Counted from the first letter of the whole stretch, positions 1-12,128 are shown. The stretch is DNA of 63,075 bases, filler included, from Olpidium bornovanus S191 (GCA_017911155.1; 33 parts of 33 records of this genome joined end to end with filler, not necessarily neighbours in it); one strand, 5' to 3'. Made by a program: numbers and translations. Notes: generated by a model not told the origin, from the sequence alone.

Positions 1-139
1 ACCACCAGACTGCTGCAGCATCATTGCCTCCGCCGTTGCCGTCCGCCACACCTGCTCCGACCGCCCTTTCGCCGCCCGCGCCGTCGAGCTGCGCGCCCTC
101 GATCTTCTCGAAGATGGGCGAAATGCCAGTTTCGTACTG

Positions 140-178
<39 letters not shown>

Positions 179-355
179 GTTTCGACCTTGGACTTTGAAA
201 AGGTTACACTTTTGTCAAGGATCGTTGCAACTTCAACTGCGCAGGCCCCGATCCACAAATTCTATGCGGGGCCGACCACCAGACTGCTGCAGCATCATTG
301 CCTCCGCCGTTGCCGTCCGCCACACCTGCTCCGACCGCCCTTTCGCCGCCCGCGC
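1..355 (+). repeat. 81-bp exact direct repeat (1-81 = 275-355)
   Basis: accaccagactgctgcagca...gccgcccgcgc occurs at both positions. Confidence 0.95.
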
Positions 356-1526
356 TGGACTCATCGGACGGGCGCATGGTCATCCAGCTGACTATTCCGC
401 TTGTTTTAGGACTGGGGACATCCGTCATTATGATAGCAGCCGCCGCTGCTGTCTGCTGCTTCTACATGGCAAAGAGGCGTTACCAGGTCACATCGGTTAA
501 GCAGCCGCCGTCGATGCCGGCAGACGTACCATACAACGCCGCCGGGGGCCGGGACAGGAAGGCGACCATAGGCGGGGTGATGGAACAGGGAGATGAGTAC
601 AGGGCCGTCCTGTCGTTCGATGGTCGGAAGGAAGACGAGCTGGACTTGCGCCGTGGCGACCTCGTTACTGTGAGCCACACGCATACCGACGGGTGGGTTA
701 CCGGACGTTCCCGCGTTACTGGACGGGAAGGCGTGTTCCCGCTTGCGTGCGTCGAGCCGGTGGACGGTCAGAAGCGAGTCCCATCCAGTCTCCTCAGGCG
801 TATGTCCAAGCCGTTACGCGGCGGGATGATACCAAAGCGCACCACATCCCACATCCGCCGAGAGAGCCGCGACAGATGGGAAGAGGAGGACGAGTACTTT
901 TCAGAGGTGTACCCCATCGACGTGCTCGCCGGGCGAGGGAGGGAGGACTTCGATAACTCGGACAGTGGGCAGGATCTCGATAATCTCGACGAAAGCGGGG
1001 AAACGAGCATCTACAGCTCCGGCATGTCCGAGACCATGCCGCTCGACGGGGAAGGCGCGAGAAACAGGATGGTCGCCGGTCTGCCTGGCGAAATCGAAGC
1101 CAACGGGCGAGCCACCGTTGCCCAGCCGGGCGCACCATCGGAATCTGCCTATTCCGGCTTTGCTCGCGAACGCGCCGCGAACGCCATGCTGCGGTCAACC
1201 AGCATTTTGGACGTTTCGGGAACGGGTGTCGAGCCGTTTTCAACACAGCCAAACAATGCGTCGCCGGGATCTCTAATCGTTGACGGTCCGGCCCATCTGG
1301 AAAGTGTCGTGCTACCAAGCGACCTAGCCCGCGCTCCCCTGGGGCACCCTCCTCCAACGCCGGAGAACCTCCCGGGCGCGTTTGCGTCGCCGGTAGCACG
1401 ACCGGAGGGGCACACTGCCGCGCCATTTGCGGTGTTCCTACCTCGTGATCTGCAGGTGCGGGTAGAATCGTTGGCGTCCGAAGAGGTGGTGTCCCCATCG
1501 GCTGAAGAAGCGGGCCACGACATGCA
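203..1526 (+). CDS. Single-pass membrane protein with cytoplasmic SH3 domain, possibly preceded by a WSC-like Cys motif (partial)
   Basis: Hydrophobic helix LVLGLGTSVIMIAAAAAVCCFYM followed by KRR. SH3: YRAVLSFDGRKEDELDLRRGDLVTVSHTHTDGWVTGRSRVTGREGVFPLACVEP. In-frame upstream DRCNFNCAGPDPQILCGA. Runs into the gap. Confidence 0.8.
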
Positions 1527-1626
1527 NNNNNNNNNNNNNNNNNNNNNNNNNNNNNNNNNNNNNNNNNNNNTTAATTAATTAANNNNNNNNNNNNNNNNNN
1601 NNNNNNNNNNNNNNNNNNNNNNNNNN
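1527..1626. other. Artificial contig-joining linker (44 N + TTAATTAATTAA + 44 N); first of 32 identical linkers
   Basis: Identical 100-bp structure recurs at 3332, 5062, 7497, 8785, 10106, 12457, 14272, 15687, 17501 and onward to 61342. The 12-mer is palindromic and gives stops in all six frames. Confidence 0.98.
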
Positions 1627-1699
1627 AGGCTTGACTTCTTTTTTTCAAAAAAAAACCATAAAAAATAAAAAAAAATAAAAAACCTACGTTCAGTCAACA

Positions 1700-3331
1700 G
1701 AGGTTGACGGCATATCTGAAACGGATTTGATCGCGGCCCAGCCCATGCGGGACTTCGTCGGGCTCGAAGAGGGGGACACGGACATGACGAAGGCCATGAT
1801 GGATTTCAGTTACTTCCTCACCGTCGGAAACATGGACGAGGCCTTCAGAGTAAGCCCGCGCGCGTCTGCTGGGTTTTCAGCGAGCCTTTAGGAGCGAAGT
1901 CCCGGCGCGTGTGGGGCTTGACGACCCCTTTTGTTTTCTCGTTGCGTCCCCCCACCCCAACGCACCCCTTTTCCCACGCTTCCCGCGCGCGCGCGCGGAC
2001 GACATCCGCTGCGGCCCAGGCTGTAAAATTCATCCGGTCAAACACGGTCTGGGAGAACATGGCCCGGTTGTGCGTGAAAACTGGGAGAGTCGACGTCGCG
2101 TCGGTTTGCCTCGGCAATATGGGCAACGCTCAGGCGGTGGCCGCGTTGCGGAGCGCATCGAAGGAGAAGGAGCCGGAGGTCAAATTGGCGGTCGTCGCGA
2201 TACATCTAGGTCAGGGATTTTTTTTCCGGCTGCTCAAATCACGTGCTTGTTTTGTTTTTTGAAGAAGGGGGAAACCGTTGGAATCATGTTTTCTTTCTTT
2301 TTGCTCTTTTTTTTGCACACGTCGGGCAGAAATTCTTCTATCTTATGATGTTTTTTGTTGATCTGCCGCTTCGCCCGCCACATCCCCCACGTCACCAGAG
2401 ATTCGGAGCGTTCCTGGACATTCCACCTGAACGTTTTGGTCCGAGACTAATTTCTTCTCCCCTCCCACCTCCCCCCCCTCCTTCTCCCCCTCCTCCTCCC
2501 CCCGTCTGACGTTTGGGCGGCTCGCGACGGAACGATGAAACAGGGCTGTACGATGACGCCATCCGGCTGTACGAGTCCTGCGGCCGCTGGGATTTGCTGA
2601 ATCATCTTTATCAGGTACTGGGGAAGAGATTTTGCCCAGGAGTGTGGGAGGAGAGGGCCGCGTGACCGGTACTCACGTCCACGAAAATCTTCCCCGTTTC
2701 CTCGCAAACATGAACCTTGCCGTTCCTCTTCCCCCCCCCCCTTCCCCCGCTGTCCTCCCCACTTCCCACCCATTCAGGGGATGAACAGATGGCACAAAGC
2801 CCTGGAGGTTGCCGCGCAGCAGGACAGAATCGCACTGAGAACCACTTATTATAAATTTGCAAGGCATCTCGAGAGCTGCGGTGACCGCGTGGGCGCAGTA
2901 GCAGCGTACGAGAAGTCCGGAACGTACATGTGAGGTGGAAAAAAAAAGAAAAAGAAAGCGTAACGGGTGGACGGGTAACCGCCGATTTTCTCTTCCAATA
3001 ACATCGCAGCGGATGGGGTGATTCGGTCACTCCAACAAAAAATTTTGGGCATTTGTGACGGAACGAAACACAGGGTGGAAGTTCCGCGAATGTTGTTGGA
3101 CGACGAGGGCGAGCTGGAGAAGTACATGCAGACGTCACAGGACAAAGTTCGCAAGCAAACGCGTTTTTTTTTCTTCTTGCGACTTCGGGCAGAAAGGTCC
3201 AAAAAAGACACATGCGCCGCAATTGACAAAAAAAACTTCTGCCCCCTTCAAGGAGATGCGGAAGTGGTGGGCGCAGTTCGCGGAGAGCAAAGGTCAGTAC
3301 GACGTCGCTCTGAAGCACTACGACCTCGCCG
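1700..3331 (+). CDS. IFT140: Intraflagellar transport protein 140 (internal exons, TPR-like region)
   Basis: Spliced GT-AG exons read PMRDFVGLEEGDTDMTKAMMDFSYFLTVGNMDEAFR / AVKFIRSNTVWENMARLCVKTGRVDVASVCLGNMGNAQAVAALR / LYDDAIRLYESCGRWDLLNHLYQ / VEVPRMLLDDEGELEKY / EMRKWWAQFAESKGQYDVALKHYDLA, matching remembered IFT140 sequence. Confidence 0.95.
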
Positions 3332-3823
3332 NNNNNNNNNNNNNNNNNNNNNNNNNNNNNNNNNNNNNNNNNNNNTTAATTAATTAANNNNNNNNNNNNN
3401 NNNNNNNNNNNNNNNNNNNNNNNNNNNNNNNACGGAAGATCTGGAAGGAATCGGCGCACGTGCCGCGAGAGCGGCCCTCCCATTCAGGAGAAAAAGGGGA
3501 GCACCCAGACGAGCGTGCACCGCTGGCTGTCGGACGGAGCGCCCGCTGCATGCACTCGTCGACCCCCGCCGGGTCTCCCCCCACCCCGCCCAACAGATTG
3601 CGGTCTTCCCCTGCAGCGCGCAGTTTTTACGCGGTCCCCGTGGATCTCTCACGGGACGAAAACTCCCCGAATTTCCAGGCAGGAATTCTTCACTCGCCAA
3701 GGGAAAACCTCCATCAACAAATGGAGAAACCCGCGACCCTTGATCTCTTCGCTTGAGCGAGGATGATTGCTGTAAATACATTATAAGGCGTTCTATGGTT
3801 ACGTGATGAAAGATGCACCCCTG

Positions 3824-5061
3824 TTTTAGATGATGCTGCGCGCGTAGCCTTGTCCCCATTGCAGACGCAAACAAGAAGAGGAGTAAAAAAATGAGTGTAA
3901 CGCTTTCCGGTTATCAAGCTCGGCGAGCCCCGAACGGCAAGAACTGTTCGCGGCGCTCTGCGAAAACAACAACCGCGTGTTCCCGCCACCAACAGAAACG
4001 GCCCGCAGGTTGCCGAAGAAAGCCCAACAAACGTCTGGGTGCGCTGCCGCGGACGTTTGCTCGCAAGCAGGCCAGCAGGGGGCAAAAACTGGCAAGCGAA
4101 GCTCTGCGCATCCCCAAAAGAGCAGGAGGAGAGCACAAAAGGGGCGCGAAAACAAAGGAAACAAGCGCGCGTGGGGGCAACCGGGTCGACGACGATGCAA
4201 ATAAATTTCGAACGGGTAGATAGCGCGAAGGAAAAGTAGACCAGGGGCCTACTCCGCTACCGGCTCGGCGGCAGCGGTAGCGCGTCACCGAATTCAGGCG
4301 GTCCTCCGAGAGTCGGCGAGAGCTGCGAAATGAGGTGCGGAAGGAGCTTGTTCCGCATCGAGCGGAGCTGGTCGGACGAGGTTTGGTCAGGGTCGCCTTG
4401 TTTGAGGTGCCCCCGAAGAGAACACAACGGAGGAAAGTGGCGGAGTGTCAGATTGACGGAACAACGGGGCCTCATAAGCGGGTTGGAAACGCGACGGGCG
4501 TTGGATATGTACCTTCGGCGAAAAAACGCCCATATCTCCGATCGTCTACCACCGATCCCGGCGAGCCTTTCCACGGCGGGGCGGCAGGGGCGACCACGTA
4601 AGAATGCTGCAAGCGGATACGTCAATCAGCTCGGGCAACCCGGCAGAGTCCACGCTTCCGGGCGCTAGCCACGCTGGAAACTATTTGAATAGTCACCTCA
4701 AAATACCACTGCGCTTGAGCGTCGTCCACCAGCGGCACATCCTCTTCCGATCCCGGCACTACCATCACAAACCGAACTTTCCGGGCAATGCTTGCTGCAA
4801 AAGAAGGCGTCGCGGACGACCGGGCATCTCGCGGTTGTTTTTACCGTCCCAAGACAGTTGGCGTGCCCGGCCTTTTCCCCTGGCAAAAAGCCCGCGGCCA
4901 CGTACGTCGCCGGCTGATCACTTCCGTCACGGCCTCGACGAGAGCTCCAGCGCATAAGAAGCATACCCGCTCCGCGCTTGAGTTTCTGATTTGAAGGTAA
5001 AAGTACCGACGCCCCGCCCGGATAATAACTGTTACGCCGATTACCTCCAGGTCAAAACATG
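3824..5061 (-). CDS. Multi-exon hypothetical protein, C-terminal part
   Basis: A phase-consistent chain of GT-AG exons gives HVLTWRNSSAERVCFLCAGALVEAVTEVISRRPSIARKVRFVMVVPGSEEDVPLVDDAQAQWYFEHSYVVAPAAPPW...RMRNKLLPHLISQ-like segment...RYARSII*. Family not recognised with confidence. Confidence 0.5.
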
Positions 5062-5558
5062 NNNNNNNNNNNNNNNNNNNNNNNNNNNNNNNNNNNNNNN
5101 NNNNNTTAATTAATTAANNNNNNNNNNNNNNNNNNNNNNNNNNNNNNNNNNNNNNNNNNNNAGCGGGGGGTGGGGTGCGTCGGAGATGCTTTTCCTCTGC
5201 GGGTTTTCTGGAAAGCACGAGGCAAACGAACGCCACGCCGGCTGCTCCGTCGGTAAGACGAAAAGATCGTCTCTTGCCATGGGCGGGGTGGGGTGGGGTG
5301 GGTGGGTGAGGGGGGGAGGGGAGGGGAAGGGGAAGCAGCGCGCGGTCCCGCCCATTCGGGCTCTCTTTGCGGTGTCACGTGGAACGCAAGGACAATGACG
5401 TGACTGCGCAAGGCCTACGGCGTAAACGAAAACCACCACCAAAACAACACCAGGACCTCCCCCCCTCTTCCTTCCCGGTCGCCCCCAGCCGCTCCGCCCA
5501 CTTTCCTTCTCCCCTCCTTTCTGCTCCGCCCCCCGCTCCGCCCAGAGAGAAAGCAAAA

Positions 5559-7496
5559 ATGGCCGAGAAGAAGCACCTGTCTATCGTCATCTGCGGCCAT
5601 GTCGACTCCGGGAAGTCCACCACCACCGGCCGCCTCCTGTTCGAGCTCGGCGGTACGCGGCTACCTTCTCGCCTCCCACCGTTTTCCCTTTTTCCCTCCA
5701 GCCTTGGCGCTCGCGTTCTTTCTTTCTTTTTTTCTCTTTTTTGTTTTCGTTTTTCGTTTCCGGCGCTTCCCGCCTCGTGCGTCGCCTATTTCCGCTTCCC
5801 CCGCCCGCTGACCGGAAACCCCCCCCCCCCCAACCGCTCCCCTTTCTTCCGCGTCACCGCCGCTCCCCGGCGCGTTTCGCAGGTATTCCCGAGCGCGAAA
5901 TGGAGAAGCTGCGGCAGGAGGCCGACGCCCTCGGCAAGTCGTCTTTCGCCTTCGCCTTCTACATGGACCGGCAGAAGGAGGAGCGCGCCCGCGGCGTGAC
6001 CATCTCCTGCACGACCAAGGAGTTCTTCGTGAGTTAGGAGCGGGACGCGCCGCCCGCGCGGGAAAATTTAAACATTGTATTTTTTTGCACGTACCCTATT
6101 CTTGAATCCGAAGCTGACCCTACTTTCTCCCCCACCGCTACCGCTGCTTTCCCCCACCACTCCCTTTTTTCCCGTGGAAATTTCAAAGACGGAACGGTGG
6201 CATTACACCATCATCGACGCCCCGGGTCACCGTGACTTCATCAAGAACATGATTTCCGGCGCCGCGCAGGCTGATGTTGGTCTTCTCATGGTTCCCGCCG
6301 GTATGTCGTTATCGGGGTGGGGATGGGGGATTTTTCCTTCTCTTTACTTTGCAGTTTGAAGCTCGGTCAGCCGTTAATTTTTCTTTTTGCGCTCTCAGAC
6401 GGTAATTTTACCACCGCCATCCAGAAGGGCGACCACAAGGCTGGAGAGATCCAGGGCCAGACCCGGCAGCATGCCCGCCTGCTCAACCTCCTCGGCGTGA
6501 AGCAGCTCGTCGTGGGCGTCAACAAGATGGACACGGATCCCGCCGGGCCCTACAAAAAGGAACGCTTCGACGAGATTTCCGCGGAAATGCGCGACATGCT
6601 CGTCAAGACCGGCTGGAAAAAGGAGTTCGTTGAGAAGTCTGTGCCCGTCATTCCCCTCTCCGGCTGGCAGGGCGACAATCTCATCAAGAAATCTGAAAAG
6701 ATGACCTGGTGGAACGGCCAGGAGGTTCTCAAGCCTTCAGACAACAAGTCCATCAAAGTTGTCACACTTCTCGACGTCCTCAACGAATTCGCGGAGCTGC
6801 CTCCGCGCAAGTCCGATGCCGCCATGCGCGTACCCATCTCGGGCATTTACAAGATCAAGGGCGTTGGCGATGTGCTTACCGGCCGTGTTGAGCAGGGCGA
6901 GGTCACCCCGAACAAGGATGTCATTTTCCTTCCCACCCACACGTGAGTGGAAGTTCCCAGGTTTTGGGGGGGGTGCGGTCCAGTTCATCCCGACCTGTCT
7001 GACGGTGCCGCTGTTTTCTCGCGCTCGCAGTTCCGCCACTCCGTGCGCCGGCAAAATCTTCACCGTGGAGATGCACCATAAGAAAATCGAAAAGGGTATA
7101 ACGGGCGACAACATCGGCATGAACATCAAGGGCCTCGATAAGCAGAACATGCCTCGTGCCGGCGACGTGATGATATACAAGGATGACACCACCCTGAAGG
7201 CTGTCAAGAGCTTCACTGCCCAAATCCAGACCCTGGACATCCCCGGGGAAGTCAAGGCCGGCTACTCCCCCATCGGCTTCGTACGGTGCGGTCGCTCGGC
7301 GTGCCGGATGAAGGAGATCAAGTGGAAGATTGGCAAGGAGACGGGCCGAAAGAAGCTGGAGTCTCCGCACTCGCTCAAGGCCAACGAGGCCGCCGAAGTC
7401 GTTTTCGAGCCGCAGCAGCCTCTCGTCGTCGACTCGTTCCAAAACTGCGAAGGCCTTTCCCGTATCGCCTTCCTTGACGGCAACTCGGCCGTCATG
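5559..7496 (+). CDS. EFL: Elongation factor-like GTPase (EFL); exons 5559-5652, 5883-6028, 6189-6300, 6399-6942, 7031-7496; 3' end in gap
   Basis: [83 protein letters not shown]-type segments [27 protein letters not shown] and [15 protein letters not shown]. All introns are GT-AG and keep frame. Confidence 0.96.
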
Positions 7497-8884
7497 NNNN
7501 NNNNNNNNNNNNNNNNNNNNNNNNNNNNNNNNNNNNNNNNTTAATTAATTAANNNNNNNNNNNNNNNNNNNNNNNNNNNNNNNNNNNNNNNNNNNNCCCC
7601 CCCCCCCGCCGCCGCCGCCATTCTCCGTCACCCGCAAGCAAGCAACGCAGACATCTTTCACTTTTCCCAACGCTAACTCATCTGGCTTCCCCCACCTCCC
7701 CAACAATCACCGCACTCAACCCGCCGCGGAAAGACCAACGCCGCCCGCCCCCGCCGATTTCCCGCCGTGCCGCGCAAACTCGGCCATTCTCCTCCTCACC
7801 GACGAAAAGCGCACGATGATTTAAAAGTCAGTTTGATTGATTCAAGATTAAAGACATTGCATTGTACATTAGATTGTATAATTGGAGTTTGCAAGATAGT
7901 TGAAAATATAGTGCAATGTGAGTTGTATTGTGAAGTTGAGTACATTGGTGTTTCGGGGAAGGACGATGGCGTGGAGGAGCAGTGGATTCGAAGGAGAGGA
8001 GGGGGAGGGGGGGGACCTCGGACCTCCGCTCCGAAGAGCCTCGGCTGCCTACGTACCCGGTTGCCCGGGATCAGAGATTTCGTAGTTCTATTCGATTATT
8101 AGAAGTAAACAATAACTAAAGTAAGGAAAGGGCCGAAAAGCCCCCACATAAGTACATTTTGATTCGGGAAGTTGAGTGTGAGTAGATGGAAAGGTGAAGG
8201 GAAATGTGGTGATTGGATGTGGTGAGGGAGTGCAGGGGAGTGCAAGGTAATCAGGGGAGAGGTGATGAGGGAAAGGGAGGGAGCGGACGGGAGAGTGGTA
8301 TGAGAGAGGGAGGAGGGAGCGGACGGGAGAGAGGTACGTGAGACGGAGGAGGAGGAGAGGGGGAGGGGGATCGAATAAACCTTCCGGAGTCCTAGGTGAG
8401 GGGCGGGGGAGGGAAGCGCTTGCACCGGGAAACTCTTTCAGTGGTGGAGGGAGAGCCCCGGCGGCGGCCGCTGTACCCCGGTGCTCCCGGCCGAAGGCCG
8501 CCTGGCGGTTCCGGCCGCCATTCGCCCTTGCCCCGAGGTGCCACTCCGCTCCGGGACCGCGGCCGAAGGCCTATATGGAAGGGCGAAAAGGACCAAGATC
8601 AGCTCAATTGAATTTTTCTTAATTGGTGGCGACAAACGGAAAAACATAAAAAAAGCGCGAGATGAAAACAAAAAAGAAACACACATTAGTCGCGCCGCGA
8701 CGATGTTTAGGCCCTGCCGGCCACAACCGGACTTAGGGGCCTGTCGCGGGGCGAGAGCGGTTTTGACACTCCCGGGCGACCTCCNNNNNNNNNNNNNNNN
8801 NNNNNNNNNNNNNNNNNNNNNNNNNNNNTTAATTAATTAANNNNNNNNNNNNNNNNNNNNNNNNNNNNNNNNNNNNNNNNNNNN

Positions 8885-9240
8885 AGGACCGCATATACCC
8901 GAGGATCTGTAAAGAGGAGCGCGAGGGCAACCTGTATGTTTGCTTACTTCTATTTCTTGCAGTGTCGAGAACGGTTTTTTTTTTTGTTGAAGAGGGGGTG
9001 GGAAGTTGAACGTTCTTTTTTAACCCGACCGTTCGCCGCGCTTTTCTGCACGTTTCCAGGATGGCGAACTGGCTCGCGTTTGTCGATTCGCACATGCTCC
9101 AGTACGGCTTTTTGAACAGCAAGGGCGAGATCCCGCCGTCCGCCGTCCTTGCGCCGGGCGAATCTGGTTCGCGTAATCGAAAAGCGGCGGGGGAGCGGAC
9201 GCCGGGGTTTGCGACAGTGGTACAGGCGGGCGGCGCGTGA
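8885..9240 (+). CDS. Last two exons of an unidentified protein (8885-8933, 9060-9240)
   Basis: GT-AG splicing gives DRIYPRICKEEREGNLMANWLAFVDSHMLQYGFLNSKGEIPP...GGA*. Confidence 0.45.
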
Positions 9241-9540
9241 CCGGGGGAACGAAGACGCGGGGCAGGCGGTGAAGGCGGCCGGAGTCGGAGGAGCTCCTAG
9301 CGGGGATGCGCCCGCCCTCCCTCCCTGAGGGCCCGTCGGGCATGGCGTACCCCGCCTCTCCCGAGAAATCGTCTGGACGGATGTGCCCGCTTTCGTCCGA
9401 AGAGCCGTCGGGTATTATTATCCCTCCCTCCCTCACCTTCCCAACAGGGTGAAAACGAAGGCGAACGTCACGTCATTGAACCGCACTTTGCAGGCGATGA
9501 CGTTTTAGAAAGTCACACGGCAACGGTTTGCCCATTTGTC

Positions 9541-9626
9541 AAAATACTGCATCCGGTCTAATCGAAAAAAAACTGCAGCCGGTCTAATCGAAAAAAAATT
9601 GCAGCCGGTTTAATCAAAATACTGCA
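9541..9626. repeat. Short degenerate tandem repeat, about 3.5 copies of (T/C)TGCAGCCGGTCTAATCGA(n)
   Basis: tactgcatccggtctaatcgaaaaaaaa / ctgcagccggtctaatcgaaaaaaaa / ttgcagccggtttaatcaaaa / tactgca. Confidence 0.85.
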
Positions 9627-9783
9627 AATTGGTTTTATGATTCTAAGACGTTCACGCCAAGTACAAATCGGGAGAGGTCGCTTCTGCAGACATGAATTTA
9701 GACTAGGGGATGGGGGAATTTCAAAAAAAAAATACATTGCCGTGTGTTGCTCTCGTCGAACAAAAAGAAAAAAAGTTTTTTTT

Positions 9784-10105
9784 TTAGCTGCAAGCGTAGC
9801 ACACGAGACCGTCGACGGCCTCCCGCAGCCACTCCTGCTGCTCCGCGGGGCCGGAGGCGCCGTCGAGTTCGGTGCGGCCCCCGTCGCGCACGGCGAAAAG
9901 CAGGGACGGCGCGCCGGCCTCGTCCATCATGGCCATCCTCTCGGCGACCGAGGGGGGGCCTTCCAGGACGACGGGCATGACGAACACGGCGGGGACGTCC
10001 TCCGGTCCGTCGCGGACGACGACCAGGTGGGTCGTCCGCCGCAGGTCCTGGGGGAGGGGCGCGTCGCCGACCGAGGGGACGGCCAGGAAGACGGGCACGG
10101 CGGGG
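9784..10105 (-). CDS. C-terminal exon of a hypothetical protein
   Basis: Open from the gap to a stop, with GC3-biased codons and an alpha/beta-like pattern (THLVVVRDG...AVFVMPVVLEGP...LLFAVRDGG). No family recognised. Confidence 0.45.
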
Positions 10106-10205
10106 NNNNNNNNNNNNNNNNNNNNNNNNNNNNNNNNNNNNNNNNNNNNTTAATTAATTAANNNNNNNNNNNNNNNNNNNNNNNNNNNNNNNNNNNNNNN
10201 NNNNN

Positions 10206-11317
10206 CGCAAGAAAGCGAACAAGCGAAAGAAAAAAAAAACTCGAACCTATTGCTTTCTTAGCGTCCGCCGGCGTTTCAAACAGAACAGTGCCGTTTCCTT
10301 TTGGCCGGCCGTTAGGAAGCATCATGATGTCCGCGCGAACAACAGCGAGACCTGCGAGGGGACGCGTAAGGAGGAATCGGCAAACCGCCTCGTCGCCAGA
10401 ACTGCGAGGCCGTTCGACGTACCGGCGTCGCGGAAAAGGTCCTTGAGATGCGTCCAAGTTACGGAAAACGGAATCTGGACGCCGGGGCAAACGTGAGCGC
10501 GTTTCGGCAGGTGACTTCCGCGCTGCAAACTCCAACTCGCGAATTGAATTCGGCCGCCTCGACGGCGCCCGCGCAAATATCCGGCTGACACCCACGTTCG
10601 AAACGAACACCTGGCAGTTTTCGGTCGCGCGGTTGTGACCGTATTTTACAGCTTCCTCGCGGTCCTGCAAAACGAGGCGTCAGGTCGCGCCGGGGCTTAC
10701 ACTCGAGATTTTCAATCGCCCAAGACCGAGAGGCCAGATACCTCGCGCACGAATACCGGCCGACCCATCAAATTTTTTTCGGTGAGCTCTCGAATAGCTC
10801 TTCTCGCCTCCTCAGGAGTCGAGTATTCGATAACGCTGCAACCAAAAAAAAGTTCTCCGTTGAGTGCAACGTTCGCGCCGGGGCACGTACAGCGCCGACA
10901 ACGATCACTAACCCACAACCCTAGCGTGAGAGATATGGCAAGAGTCAGAAGAGGAGGGGGTGAAGCGGGAGCGTCAAAAGGTAGACCGACGACGGGTTCC
11001 AGGATACATTTCGACAACGCACCTTAGATACGCCGGTAGCCGAAGTCAGCACATCGGCAGAAATAATCTTTCCGGCTGTGTGAAAGTAAAAAAAAGGACG
11101 GCGGCAAAAAAGGAAGCGAGTCAGCGCGACGTTCTTTCGCCAAGAACCCCAGAACAGAGTTGGACAGAGAGGCGTCCGCCAGGCAGAAACCAGAAATTAA
11201 CCGGAGACGCTAAGCGCGTCGCGGGAAAGGTGAGGGGGGTGACCATTCGACGGTTCTGCGCGGCCCAACAAAAACAATCGCCGCCCCCCGCCCTTCTTCA
11301 TCTCTCTCTCTCTCTAT

Positions 11318-11349
<32 letters not shown>

Positions 11350-11909
11350 TTTTCCCCCCCCCCCCCCCTTTTTCCCCCCCCCCCCTCCCCCTCGGATTCC
11401 CGCTTTTTCCCGGCCAGCCGGAACCGGTCCAGACGGGCGCCCTCCCCACCTTCGCTCATGAACCTCCGGAGGTCCGCGGGGCGCGTCTGGTAGGCGAGGT
11501 TGCCGACGTACACGCGACACTCCTTCCGGGAGTTCTGGCGCCGCTTCTCGTCGTCGGCGCCCTTCGCGTCGCCCTCGGTGGCTGCGGCGGCGGGGCGCTC
11601 CTTGCAGTCTTCGCCGGCGCCCGCGGCGTGGGCTGCGCCGTCGCCGTTGGAGACGGCGGGGGCGGGCTTGTTGGCGGACGCGCCGTCGGCGAGGCGGTCC
11701 TTCGCGGCGGCGGAGGGGAAGTCCCCTCCGGCGGCAGCGGCGCCGTTATCCGCTTTTGCGTCTTGGCAGCCGGCCGCGCCCTCTGCACCGGCGGCGGTGT
11801 GCCGGTCGGGGTTGTCCCTGTCGCCGTCGTCGTCGTCGATGTCGTTGCTGCGGCGGCGGCGGCGGTGGTGGTGGTGCTGAGAAAGGCGAGAGCGGCCGCC
11901 GCTGCTGCG

Positions 11910-11950
<41 letters not shown>

Positions 11951-12128
11951 ACACGCCGCCGTCCCCGCCACGGGCCCGGTCGTAGGAGGCGGAGGCGGGA
12001 AGTTTGACGTCGAGGTCGTGTTCGGAGCGCGGCGGCGGCGAGGCGCTCGTCCTCCGGGAGCGGGAGCGGGAGCGCGAGCGGGAGCGCGAGCGCAAGCGCG
12101 GGGGCGAGCGCGAGCGCGACAAGGCCAT
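10206..12128 (-). CDS. GBP2: SR-like multi-RRM RNA-binding protein, Gbp2/Hrb1 (hnRNP M-like) family, partial
   Basis: N-terminal RS tract. RRM1: CRVYVGNLAYQTRPADLRRFMSE...GCSVIEYSTPEEARRAIRELTEKNLMGRPVFVRE. RRM2: CQVFVSN/IPFSVTWTHLKDLFRDAG/VVRADIMMLPNGRPKGNGTVLFETPADAKKAI. Confidence 0.88.

Noticed and set aside
5559-7496. Canonical EF-1alpha (TEF1)
   Set aside because: The N-terminus and insertions are EFL-type, not the [21 protein letters not shown] / STTTGHLIYKCGG pattern of EF-1alpha.
8110-8280. Hammerhead ribozyme or Penelope-like terminus
   Set aside because: A GAAA-containing hairpin exists, but no CUGAUGA core was found on either strand.
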